Shown piece after piece: positions 37,599 to 49,316 of a DNA stretch of 64,000 bases (positions are counted from its first letter, which is position 1; each line of letters begins with the position of its first letter). The DNA comes from Phoronis australis (Eukaryota; Animalia; Phoronida). The translations under genes were made by a program, and so were the position numbers. The stretch lies in NCBI GenBank assembly GCA_002633005.1, contig NMRA01000103.1:84183-148182 (forward strand). Reading direction: 5' to 3'. The notes beneath the pieces were generated by a model. It searched no databases and was not told the origin of the DNA. It was given only the letters and a program-made list of their open reading frames with translations.

Positions 37599-39490
37599 CA
37601 GCCGATCTCATAAAGGTGGTTTAACAAAAACCAGGTTTAAGACATAAACCTGGTCTTCCTAAACCTGGTCTAATTTTAGATCTGACTTGCATTTCACCAA
37701 CATGGTTTAAGAGTCTGAAAGCCTGGTTTTGCTAGACCAAGGAGCTGGTTCAGTAAAACCAGGTTTAAAGTATCAAAGGCACCCCACCGTGTCGTGCTCG
37801 ATAAACCCAACAAAGAAACTATTGAAGTGCTCCAATGAAACCTTGATCACGTGGGTATACAATGACATACACTAGTAGAATCAGTGCAGACATTTACGAA
37901 AAACATCTAAAAGCTTTTCTCATGAGGAAAACTGTAATTTCTGTGCCCAACACACACACATTAAAGAACATGCTCCCGATTAGATGTAACATGATAAATG
38001 CCCAAATTTATTTCCTTGTCATTTTAGCGTTTATTTTCCGCGGCCAAAGGGGGGGCAAGAACCCTTCCTGGCAACATTATATTGGAGAACAGTGGAGGTG
38101 GAACTCAGTCATAAGAATCAGAAGATGCTGTCTTTAGTCAAATCTGTAGTGCTTACGACGATGACGCCCTGTTCGACCAGTCGTATTCTGAGAAATCCGC
38201 AGGACACACTCCAGCAAGTAGTAGTCTACGCATAGGAGGAACCACGGGGGTCACGGGGTCCGGAGTACCCTTTTCCCTTGATTTTAGTGATATCAAATCT
38301 ATAATTTTAAAATTGTTGACTTGACCCCCCCTTTCAAAAAGTCCTTGACCGTCCCCCCTTTAAAAAATCTTGGATCCGCCCCTGCTACGTTTGATCTTTT
38401 GTCATAGTAAAACTGAATATTGAAAATAGTCCATTTGCGCTCTAAAATTGCGTCGCAAATGAACTCCGCGGCATCATTCACTCGTACCTATACTATGCAA
38501 GTCAGACATATTTAACAGTTAAACCTAGGTCCGACCAAGTCTAAAGTTAAACATGGTTTAAGATCTTAAAGTCCTTGTTGCAAACTGCCCATGTGGTTCT
38601 AGTATCCGAAAATACTTACTACATAAATTCTTATTTTCGACACCCTTTCTTCATATTCTTTTCGCCTTTCTTGCCAAAAGCGATTTTTTAACAGTATTTG
38701 ACCCTTCTCTCTGAGCGTATGATTACCGGTTGTCANGCAGTGTGACACAGGACTAACCAGCCCGTAATTTCATGCAAGTGTCTGAAACTACCCTTGAATA
38801 TATGCAGCATTTATCATTTGACCATTTTACTTCGACAAAACAGCTTGCAACCGCATGCATTTACCGTTCGCCAGTGTCTGGTCTCGATCCGCACCGGGTC
38901 CGATAGGCTGCGGTCCCGAGTCTAGCAAAATAATTTCTGTCAAAATTTATTCGCCACATTTCTTCAGCAATTTCCATAAAATTGTCCGTAAAATTAAGGC
39001 GCGCTGTCGATTTTTTTATCCCCGTTTGCTGGCTGGTAACAGTACAGGCACTGCTCCAGTCGCACTGACGGCGTTTTCTCGGCCTGGGTTCCTGATTGAA
39101 TTGTACTTCCGGGTTCGCAGCAAGTTCAAAATGGCGGTGTTTCTTCGGGTGCGAATCGTGAGTGGCGCGTTCATTTAAACTGTTTTCGAGTACGGATCGT
39201 GTATTAGTTATGGGGTAGGTACTTCTTGGATCCTTGTAACATCTTCTAACCATGTAATAAGGGTTAACAACGCGTGAGAGAAGGATTTTAATACAGGTCT
39301 AAAGAATAGAGACCTCGTTGGAGAAATGAAAACTGACTTAGACCAGGTCTAAGATGGAGTTAAACCAGGTTTTACTAGACCACTGGTCTAAAAGTTAAAC
39401 CACCTTTATGAAATGCAGATTATCTTTAAACCTGGTCTAAGTCCAGTTTAAACCAGGTTTAACTTTAAACCACCTTTATGAAATCGGCTG
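37599..39490 (+). mobile_element. PIF/Harbinger non-autonomous element nested in the hAT 3' region
   Basis: 26-bp TIR CAGCCGATYTCATAAAGGTGGTTTAA; TTA TSD; many subterminal AAACCWGGT motifs. Confidence 0.85.
38231..38384. mobile_element. hAT-type MITE with a 5-bp TSD, nested in the Harbinger element
   Basis: Ends GGATCCGCCCCTG; CTACG duplicated at 38226-30 and 38385-89. Confidence 0.75.
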
Positions 39491-41476
39491 TTAATGTTCT
39501 TGACAATAAAACTTTGAAAACTTAATGCGTCGCTCATTGTCAGCTTCTGAAGAGCGCTAACCAGGAAAGTAGAGAGGTTCGACGCTACTTCTAGCGAAAT
39601 GCCATCAAAAGGTCCAACCTTTTAGAAATTTGAACCCCCCTCGTATAATCCTGGCTACGGGCCTGAAACGTTTGAAAGGAATAGTTCAGATGTCGCTAAG
39701 AAGAAAATACTGGTATTGCACTAATCACAGATACCGACGTACACAATGTGAGCAAGCCCAACAAGAAAGTTTGTGGTCTCACATAACATCTGTATCGGAT
39801 CTGATAATACTGGAATTACAGCTTCAAAAGATATCGTGGGATACTTGTCACAGAGGTCAAAGAGAAAGCAGAGCTACTCGATAAACAATTTTAAGCTGCC
39901 TTAAGCCCCAAGATAAAATTCACGTCCGTCGAGTTCCAAATCGGCGATTACCGTACAGTCCCTTGAACTCGATCTTCACCTCGAACCATCAGAGGAGTGA
40001 TGCGTGGGCTTTTTGGGAACATTTTTGTGCTTTGACCGCGATGTTGTTGCGATCTCGCTGGAGCAGGACACCTTGAATGGTATTAGAAGAAAGAACAATT
40101 GCTAATGGTTTATTGAAACCCTGTTTTGTGTTGTGTAAATTTATTGATTTTTGTGTTTGCTGAAGTGAAGCACCCGTGGAATTCCTTGTCCCGAGTGTCA
40201 TATCTGGTAGTATAGGCCTATATACATGTAGCGTATTGGGAACGTTCAGAAGCTGAGGACGCCTGTGTTAGGAGGGAGCATTAGAAATGAATAATGTAAA
40301 CCCATATTTGCATGGATTATAAGCTACGCAAATTTAGGATGTAATGACCTGCATATTGCATTCGTTACATTCACTGACCACGAACACATGGGTGTGTTGC
40401 AAATATCAATATGGTCTACATGAAGTGTCGGCCTCGTAAAGCAGTTATGAACAGAATTTTGAATAATGGTGGCCATTATTTGCATAAATTATGCAAATCT
40501 ATCATACGCATCAGCCTGTAAACTGGTTTCATTGAATTAATTGATCTTGGAGCTGGGAGAACATTTTAATACCCTTTACCTGTAGTGTTTCTTATCCCAG
40601 CTTTAAGCAGGAAAACACTTTTAAATAATGCGCCCTAAATTTGCATTCTCCATTTATCCACCTGTAACCTAGGCAATACCTGTAACCTAACTCCACTATT
40701 GAATTCACTGACAGTCAGTACAAACATAAGTAAAATATCAAAATGACATACATCCAAGCACTACAAAACCACCGTCAAGTAACGTCATAACTATTAATAC
40801 ATATCAACTTACGAATCCTTGAGTTGACTTATGTTCCACTTTCGTGTAACTCACGGAAAAGGAGTAGCTGAGTGCGTCGCGGCCACGGGAGATTCTCTCG
40901 ATCTTTGCAGAGCACACCCTCTCGTATGTTAACATGTTCAGGTACATGTACGTTATATAACTATATACATGTATAAGCACCCGTAAATACCGTGGAAGTT
41001 GAACTAGTGGGTCAGATAAGAATATATGCCGTCATTGTCATCGCATAATACACTGGCACACTTGTCACCACTAACAGAAGTGAAACCTTCAGTGGTTTCG
41101 GTGCAAAAATGGATCGTTTTATACAGTTCCAACCAAAAAGAAAATATTTTTGTGTGGAATTTATTTGAAAATTCCCCCTTTCATGGTGACTTTTGCAATG
41201 CCTGAGTCTCTGGTCAGAGTGGCACATTTGGTCATATGCAATCTATACAAGTCTCCTCTTTCTCTTGGACCCCGACTTGTCCATTGTTTCATTTTTTTTT
41301 GCTTTCCACGTTTACGTGATTTCAAGTGTTGCAGTTTCCAACAATCATCTATTAATTTCAGTTTAATTGCAAAAAAAGTCTCAGAACCATTCTAAAACAT
41401 TCCAAAACTACCAAGGTTCGCTGCAATCAAAGCACCCTGGAGTTAGACATTGTAAGCAAGTGGATTTAAAAACCTG

Positions 41477-41626
41477 GCGTGCGCTCAGTAGACGCTGGGA
41501 CCTCGCTAGGACCTAGCTAAAACCTAATCAAAGTCACGTGTTTTCATTTAAAATACACGGCAACATCTCACGTAATCTCGCGAAGTCTTGCTTTTTAGCG
41601 AGGTCCTAGCGTTACTGAACGGGTGG
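41477..41626. mobile_element. Harbinger-type 150-bp MITE (copy 2)
   Basis: Paralogous to 29669-29818; flanks AAAC-CTG and CTG-GTT. Confidence 0.8.
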
Positions 41627-43802
41627 CTGGTTCGTTGAAGTGACTAGTTGAAAAAATATCTCACATTTCAAAATTGGGAGCTCAGGGTACTTCAAAGATT
41701 TTAAGTTGGGTTGGGTCACTTAACCCAAATTAACGGATTCTTGTGCGTTAAATGGGTTGGATTGTTATCCAGGCAATAGTCACTGACTGGCAATCCGCAT
41801 TTTGAGAACAAGTTTTAATGTCTGCTATTCAGTGAAAGACAGTTGAAAACACTGGTTCTCAAGGTGGGGGGTCCCCTGTATGTGACCATTACCATTATGT
41901 TTTGCTCAGTGTTTTGAACAACATGCTAGTGTGTCATGTGGTTAGGATCTACATAATACAGCATTGATTTTATTCAACATTTCGGTCTTTTCGAACAGTT
42001 TTTCAAAGTTACAAATTTGACTCTTATTGAGGGGGCCTCCTAGTGGCAAGAGTTGGGCAGTGTGAATTGCTTCAGAATATTTGCACTGGCAAACACCCTC
42101 ACGTTGACTCAAAATGAAAAAGCGTGATGTCATTAATGTGTTCCTAGAAATATTACACTCATAGGCTACAAATCTTACAACATGCCAAGAAATTTGTCTA
42201 ACCATTGGGAACTTTATTTTGCTGATGTATTGATTAGAAATAAGGTTTAGTTTAGGGATAGACTGATGTACTAAGTCTGGACATAAACATAGCCGTGGGC
42301 GCACAACAGGGCTATTCCCTCTTCATTGCAGACCCTTCCCCTGATAGAAACTCATTCCAGTTTTGTGCTTGACTAGCTCCTCTGTCCCTGTCCCCTGTTC
42401 ATGCAGTGCCTCCAGGTTGCCTCTCATTACAATCACAATCATTGGTAGAAAACAATTTCAAGTTTGGCAACCTCTGTTGAATAATTCTGACTACACCAAT
42501 GGTGCTGGGGAAATAGGTTATTAAAGACCCGACTGCCATTCAAGTTGCACATTCACTGCCTTGTGAAAGCATAGACCATTATGAAAGTTACACCTGGACC
42601 GTGGGTTTCAACATTTTACTGGAAATTATTTTTATTATTTTCTGATTCTACTTTTGTTTAAACTCAAGATACGTTTCTTTTATTATATGTGCTTACTGAT
42701 GGCAATTAATGATTCCAGCATTAGAGCTAAGAGTTCGAATCTTGGAACTCGCAAGGAAGTGGACTCTAAGTGAAAAAACAATTTCGAGTTCAATTTGGAT
42801 TGAAAGCATCACACTGGAGGTGTATTCCCAAAACATGATCACATAATCCCTGTTTAGGGTTTTAAATCAATCCATACAAGACTGGGCTAGATTTTGTTTA
42901 GCCCAAAAAGCATTTAAATACAATGTGGATAATAAGAAACCACCTGTATTAAACTGTGTTGAAAAATGAACCCATTTTAAGTTCCTTATCCACAAAGTGT
43001 ACCATTTTTTAAGCTGCTATTAACCCAACCTCTTTTTAGAGCCGTCATGTAACAATATAATGTTGGTCTCATACCAGCAATGTTGTTTTTGACCTAAATA
43101 GTAGCAAAAATCTTAATCACAATCTTATTGCTCGCATGAAGATTGGCATATCCAGCAGTTGGATTTGGATACTAGTGTCCGGTGTCAATTTTCACGTGTG
43201 TGCTCGTGATTTAGACTCTTGATCTTGTACTGTTCCTTGCTGAGATTGCATGTGGTATATTGGCTTCGGTTGAATTGATAGTTTGTTATTGATTAAGACC
43301 TGGTGCAATAACCATGTCTTTGAGCACTAACAAAGTCCAAGTCCACCAACTTAAAGGAACAAGTTACATTGTAAGACAGGGATATATATATATATAGGGC
43401 TTGGAATTTTCCTGTTTTAGGAGGATTTCCTAATTTTTTGTTTGTATTTCCTCTTGTTTGATTTCAAGCTTCTTTTTATCATTATTTTGACTTCATTCAT
43501 TCAAAGACGTTTATTTTTATTAGTTGAATTTTACAACACGAAAAATATTTCTATCACACAAGCCTATTTGTGAAACGATGGATTATCTGGAAAATTTTCC
43601 TCTTTTAGTCATTCCAATTCCTGTATATAGTGGTAAGTTGTTCAGATCAAAATTTATTCTTTTTCACATACAACGCATTCATAGCACCTTTAAGGAGTTT
43701 AATTCGAAGGAAATATGGAAGCCAGAAGACACCATCTGATAAGCATATTCTGAAATCAACAATTGTGTTTGCACTTTCCAAGATGTTCAACCCACATTGT
43801 TA

Positions 43803-45565
43803 GATCGCAATGATTATGTCAATTCTTTGAATGAAATTTTGAGTGATTTATCGAAGTTTAGACGTGTCAAAGCAGATCCTACACTAACTAGAGAAGGACA
43901 GCTGCAGAGGTTTTTACGCAAAATTAAGAATGTTGGTCGTTTAGATACTGAAACGTACAACTATTTGTATCCACAAGGTTCACAGCCAGGTAGACTATAT
44001 GACCTACCAAAAATACACAAACAGACAGAGGATTCCATCCCTCCATTTAGAACTATTGTGTCATCTGTGAATACTTTCAATTACAATCTTGCCAAGTACC
44101 TATGTAAGCTACTCAAACCACATATAAATGAGGACTACACAGCAGGTGATACTTTCTCTTTTGTTTCTGAGGTTAGGGGTCAAGTTCTCAGGAATCGATT
44201 CATGGCTTCTTTTGGCATTGCGAGTTTGTTTACTAACCTACCTGTGGACGAATGTATATCTTTGGCTACTGACTATATAATGAAAAACAATCCCAGTGTA
44301 AAGATTACTCGAGCTGAACTCATGGAGCTATTCAAATTTGCTACCAGCAAAACCCATTTTGTATTTAATGGGGAGGTTTTTAACCAAATTGATGGTATAG
44401 CAATGGGTTCACCTTTGGCTCCCATACTAGCTGGCATGTTTTTAGGTCACCATGAGAAAACATGGATTGAGACATACACTGGTCCTCACATCTATTTCTA
44501 TCGACGATATGTAGATGATGTGTTTTGTATATTTGAAAATCAGCAGTCAGCCCAGGAATTTTTGGTGTATTTAAACTCGAGGCATCCTAACTTGAAATTC
44601 AGTGTAGAATTAGAGGTCGATAACATTTTGCCATTTCTGGACGTGTTAGTAGAGCGTGAGGGTACCTCAGTGATAACATCAGTATTTCATAAGAAGACCT
44701 ACACAGGACTGTACACTTGTTTTCATAGCTTCACATCCTTTGTTTATAAAGTAGGTCTCATAAAGACGCTAATAGACAGGGTATATCGCATTAACAACAC
44801 TTGGGCTAGATTTGATTCTAATATCAAAGAACTTACAACGAATTTGCAAAAGAATGGCTATCCCCTAGAATTAGTCAATAGGGTACTGAAAGCAAGACTC
44901 CAACGTAACCCTGATGATGTTCATCCTGTAGACAAAACTAACTACAAGTACTTTAAAATACCCTATGTTGGGTTTTACGCCAAAATTGCTCAACGAAAAC
45001 TCAACAAATTGGTGAATGATTACTGTGTGAACTTAAGAGTTGTATTAACATTCAAGTCTCTAAAACTGTCGAGTTTATTTAACCCTAAGGACAAAATTTC
45101 TATGGGTCTACGGTCCAAGGTTGTATACAAATTTATCTGTGCTGGATGTGGCTCCAGTTATATAGGCGAAACTGTTCGCCATTTGAAAACCAGGACCAAG
45201 GAACATCTAAATTCTGACAGTAATTCACATGTAAATATTCACCTGCAGAGCTCCAATCATTGTTATCAGCAGTGCTCTTTCAATGACTTTGCAATAATAG
45301 ACCAGGCAGTAACAACAAAGGAGCTTAAAATTCGTGAGGCTTTACATATCAGTTGGTGCAAGCCCAATCTCAATAGGCAACTGACACACCACAGGTTGTC
45401 ATTGTTGGTATAGTTCATTGTCACTCCCTGTAACTGACTGTATCTGTGCTTCATTACTTGTTGCTGGGCCTAGCTAGGTGGCCACTGTATTATGACTTCT
45501 GAGGATGGTGTTTAATAAATGACACCGAAACATGTCAAGTTTTAAAACCGTTGTTGTTTTCGTGA
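43803..45565 (+). mobile_element. 5'-truncated Penelope-like retroelement (RT plus C-terminal GIY-YIG endonuclease)
   Basis: Open frame to 45413 with LPKIHK, QIDGIAMGSPL, RYVDD, LPFLDV and VVYKFICAGCGSSYIGET..R..EH; 9-bp TSD ACATTGTTA at 43794-802 and 45566-74. Confidence 0.95.
45495..45540 (+). ncRNA. Minimal type I hammerhead ribozyme in the Penelope 3' terminal repeat
   Basis: ACTT-CTGAGGA-T-GGTGT..ACACC-GAAA-CATG-TC-AAGT: intact core, stems I and II, palindromic mini stem III, predicted cleavage after 45536. Confidence 0.85.
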
Positions 45566-46800
45566 ACATTGTTAAGTATAGGGGTAGGGTTCTCACCCTC
45601 AGCCCTTGGGCTTTCAGAGTACCCTGCTAAAACCATTCCAAGAGGATATTATCACTGGTTTATACAGGACATAACACTCAGGTAGATGATTTTTCTCAAA
45701 CAATTTCTCCACAAAATGGTGCATGAAAAAATTTCACTCTCGGAGTTACATTTAAAGACACTGCAGAAGTGGTTTAATACGATTTCTGTATTTTTTAAAC
45801 TTTGGTATCCAGACACTAATATTTGGCAACAGGAATCTCTTAGTCGACTTCTTCAAGCTTAACGGATGAAAAAGACAGCTGTTCAAGAATTACTACGAAA
45901 GGATTAAGTTGGTAGCATTAACACTTATAAGAAGATTGTGCATTTGGAACATTAGGCTACATTATTATTGAACTCCAAACCTCAGAATTTGAGTCCCAAC
46001 GAATGTTTTTTAGCCACTGTCTAAATGGGTGGAGATTATTCTAATACCAGATTATGCATAAAACTAAAGCTTAGGGTCCATTTGGGACACCTCTAGGGTA
46101 TTTTCGTAGCTACAAATTTATCATCTAGAGACTACAGCACCTCTCGGCTATTTTCCTATTTACAAATTTTTCTTCGAAACACTTCGGGTCTTTTCGTAGT
46201 CTCAAATGTCCTCTCGGAGATGAACTCTTTCCAAAGTCGTGATTTTCAGAACAATAGGCTAATTGTACTCCACACACTCGCAGGTAGCGTTCACCTATTC
46301 GGTGAAATTTGAAGTTAGGAAAACACCCAAGGATTGCTGCGTGCCCTTGAAGGTAAAAGTTTTCAGTGCATGCTCGAACTTTGGTCATTATGGCCAATCA
46401 TCATTCTCAACTAAATTTGAAAGTCAAGCAGGTTGAATTCACCTCCCAGGAAAAAATAGAGGACAGCAACGTAAACAAAAGTCAGCGACAGTAGAAAGAT
46501 GCGCTCCGAAAAGACGCAACCACAATTTTCTGGGATTCACATTTCTTGAACATGAATTTTGAGCACTGATTTGTCTGTAAAACAGACCACATTTACACTT
46601 CCTCCATCAATCATGCCAGTTTGTTTGCGTAAAGCACTGCCTGTTGAGAATTCGACCAGCCAATCAGAAACGACGATGTAAAAGAAATTTTCCCGAGGAA
46701 AATAAGGGATACCTGCGCGCTGGCTACCACCTAGCGGCACGCAAGGATCCAGCGAGTCGCACGCTATCTGTCCCGTCAGCGTGTGAGGTCTGGGAACCAG

Positions 46801-46930
46801 GCGTGCGTTCAGTAACATTAGGACCTAGCTACAATCTAGTCAAAGTCACGAGTGCTCATTCACGGCTATATCTCACGTAATCTCGCGAAGTCTTGTTTTT
46901 AGCGAGGTCCTAGCGTTACCGAACGGGAGG
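46801..46930. mobile_element. Harbinger-type MITE (copy 3, internally shorter)
   Basis: Paralogous to 29669-29818; flanks AAC-CAG and CTG-GTT. Confidence 0.75.
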
Positions 46931-47010
46931 CTGGTTGGTTTCTATAGTGCTACTGGCGTAGCGCCAAAATGCTTGTTGATGCCGTGCATCATATTTTTGT
47001 CATTGGTTGT

Positions 47011-47785
47011 TGTGTTTTGTTTACATATCACGCTGTTATTGTGTTTTGCTTACATATCACGTTGCTATTGTGTTTTTTTAACATATCACGGTGTTATTGT
47101 ATTTTGTTTACATATCACGCTGTTATTGTATTTTGCTTACATATCACGCTGTTCTTGTGTTTTGCTTACATATCACGTTGCTATTGTGTTTTTTTAACAT
47201 ATCACGGTGTTATTGTATTTTGTTTACATATCACGCTGTTATTGTATTTTGCTTACATATCACGCTGTTATTGTGTTTTGCTTACATATCACGTTGCTAT
47301 TGTGTTTTTTTAACATATCACGGTGTTATTGTATTTTGTTTACATATCACGCTGTTATTGTATTTTGCTTACATATCACGCTGTTCTTGTGTTTTGCTTA
47401 CATATCACGTTGCTATTGTGTTTTTTTAACATATCACGGTGTTATTGTATTTTGTTTACATATCACGCTGTTATTGTATTTTGCTTACATATCACGCTGT
47501 TCTTGTGTTTTGCTTNCACGCTGTTATTGTGTTTTGTTTACATATCACGCTGTTATTGTGCTTTGTTTACATATCACGCTGTTATTGTGCTTTGTTTACA
47601 TATCACGCTGTTATTGTGTTTTTTTACATATCACGCTGTTATTGTGTTTTGTCTACATATCACGCTGTTATTGTGTTTTGTCTACATATCACGCTGTTAT
47701 TGTGTTTTGTCTACATATCACGCTGTTATTGTGTTTTGTTTACATATCACGCTGTTATTGTGTTTTGTTTACATATCACGCTGTT
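47011..47785. repeat. 29-bp satellite; the first part forms a 116-bp four-monomer higher-order repeat
   Basis: TGTGTTTTGTTTACATATCACGCTGTTAT monomers; the CACGGTG variant recurs every 116 bp up to ~47515. Confidence 0.95.
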
Positions 47786-48727
47786 TAGTTTCTTTATAGG
47801 TAGCAGTACATCTTTCGCCGCTGTGATTAGGTTTCTTTTAGGAAGCAGGTTCTTTCCAGTTACTACAATAGCCTTGCATAATCTTATAGTAGCATGTCCG
47901 GCCGGCTATTATTACGTATTAGCCTCTCTATGTTACGCGGGTTTTGGTGACTAGCGCTTCTCGTGTATAGCGGCATTCGTCGACAAGATCTGTAACGCGA
48001 ATCATGTGTTTTCCTCGGATGCTGGAACTTTTATATTAAGCACAGACTGTTGGCCAAACTGTTGTTAGTATTGAGTATTATGGCATAGCATGTTGTACTC
48101 GTGTGTATCTACTAGCTAAGTTCAGTGCGTGTATAGTTGTTGTTTAACGTATAGCTTCATTCAGCTGCTTGTTTGGCGTATATGTTGAGCGGTACCAGGT
48201 TCATAGAATAAATAGTTACGGGTCGCAGTTAGGCAGTTGTTTGTGCATGGTAATGGTTTCCAGTAGTAGAATAGATAGTACGGCTTCCAGTTGATGAGGT
48301 ATTGTTAGCGAGGTACATGAAATATTTGCCTGTTATATAGAGTCGTTGTCGCGAGTCTTTCTAACGCTCTTGGTATATAGTGCTTGTTAATTACGCTTGC
48401 TTGCCCAGTACTCGGACTGTGTGTTTTTCTTCATTACAGAGAACCGCTTTTTCGGTTTCTCCTTTTCAACGCATGTTGGGACACTTTTCATCGCTTACAA
48501 CTAAATAATAAAGTGTGTTATGCAAACGGCTTTTAACTTATCCCTGTTGCTCCAGACGAGGCTACAGTGCTAGCACGTAGTACGCATTGTTTGCCGATGT
48601 TGATTATAAAGTTTCAAACCTTCGCTTTGTCTTTTGCTCGCAATCTCTTTTGTCGAAATAATCTCATATCACGAGTCTTGATGGACAGTATCAAAAGAGT
48701 TAGCAATGAGTATAACATCGTTCCAAG

Positions 48728-49316
48728 GAGTGTAGAAGTATAGGAGAGTTCACTCCGCCATTTTGCCATTCGCCGCAATGGTTACCTGTCGAAACACTAG
48801 CGTCACAAGCGGTGAATAAGCAACACTAACGTACATAGCAGTTGATAGTGATTCCATCACATTATCACTGTTTATCGCCTCGTCAGTGATTTCAATGTGC
48901 CGCAGTTCAAGGCTAGATAACAAATCAGCTACCTATGGTGATGGCATAACCAAACCAATGATAACACCGTGAACGCAAATCGGCCCCGTAGCGTTCAGTG
49001 TAAACTACAATGCAGGCGACAGCGGCACCGCAACTGCGGTCGACTTGTCTTCCAACAGAGCACAAAAAATTAAAAACAATGTACCATATCATTGAATAAC
49101 AAATAATCCTTACCTTTCTGGGTCTTTGGGAAACGTAAAGATGATAGTTCAGGGTTTCTCATCGAAGAATTGGAAGCAATTTATAGCACTACAAAATGTG
49201 CTTTTCCCCATTGCTTTGGCGCTTTTTGGTTGACCGTTGCTCATTCACCACTCGGCGGCGCTAGTAGAAGTGGTAACAGCAGACTCACAAGTGAACTCTC
49301 CTATACTTCTACACTC
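48728..49316. mobile_element. Non-autonomous DNA element with a perfect 27-bp TIR
   Basis: GAGTGTAGAAGTATAGGAGAGTTCACT at 48728 and its reverse complement ending at 49316; no clear TSD. Confidence 0.75.

Larger units (their letters stand above)
33685..39665 (+). mobile_element. hAT transposon (hAT5/Tip-like) with a 5-bp TSD
   Basis: TIR CAGGCCCGTAACCAGG/CCTGGCTACGGGCCTG; AAACG duplicated at 33680-84 and 39666-70. Confidence 0.9.
32190..40000 (+). mobile_element. Degenerate LINE (APE-endonuclease region), split by a hAT insertion at 33685-39665
   Basis: LLNINFRS, DIIIGTETWL, RDGGGVLIA, DFNFPGWDW and LEQMVNEPT..ILDHFITN motifs. The frame ELKR|LKGIVQMSLRRKYW resumes after the hAT. Both ends are approximate. 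Confidence 0.75.

Noticed and set aside
38861-39253. 130-aa ORF inside the Harbinger element
   Set aside because: No recognisable transposase or Myb motif.
41700-43045. AACCCA-rich tract as telomeric repeat or an EnSpm-type element
   Set aside because: The motifs are scattered rather than tandem, and no matching termini or TSD were found.
46969-47954. Several long hydrophobic ORFs
   Set aside because: They are translations of the 29-bp satellite.
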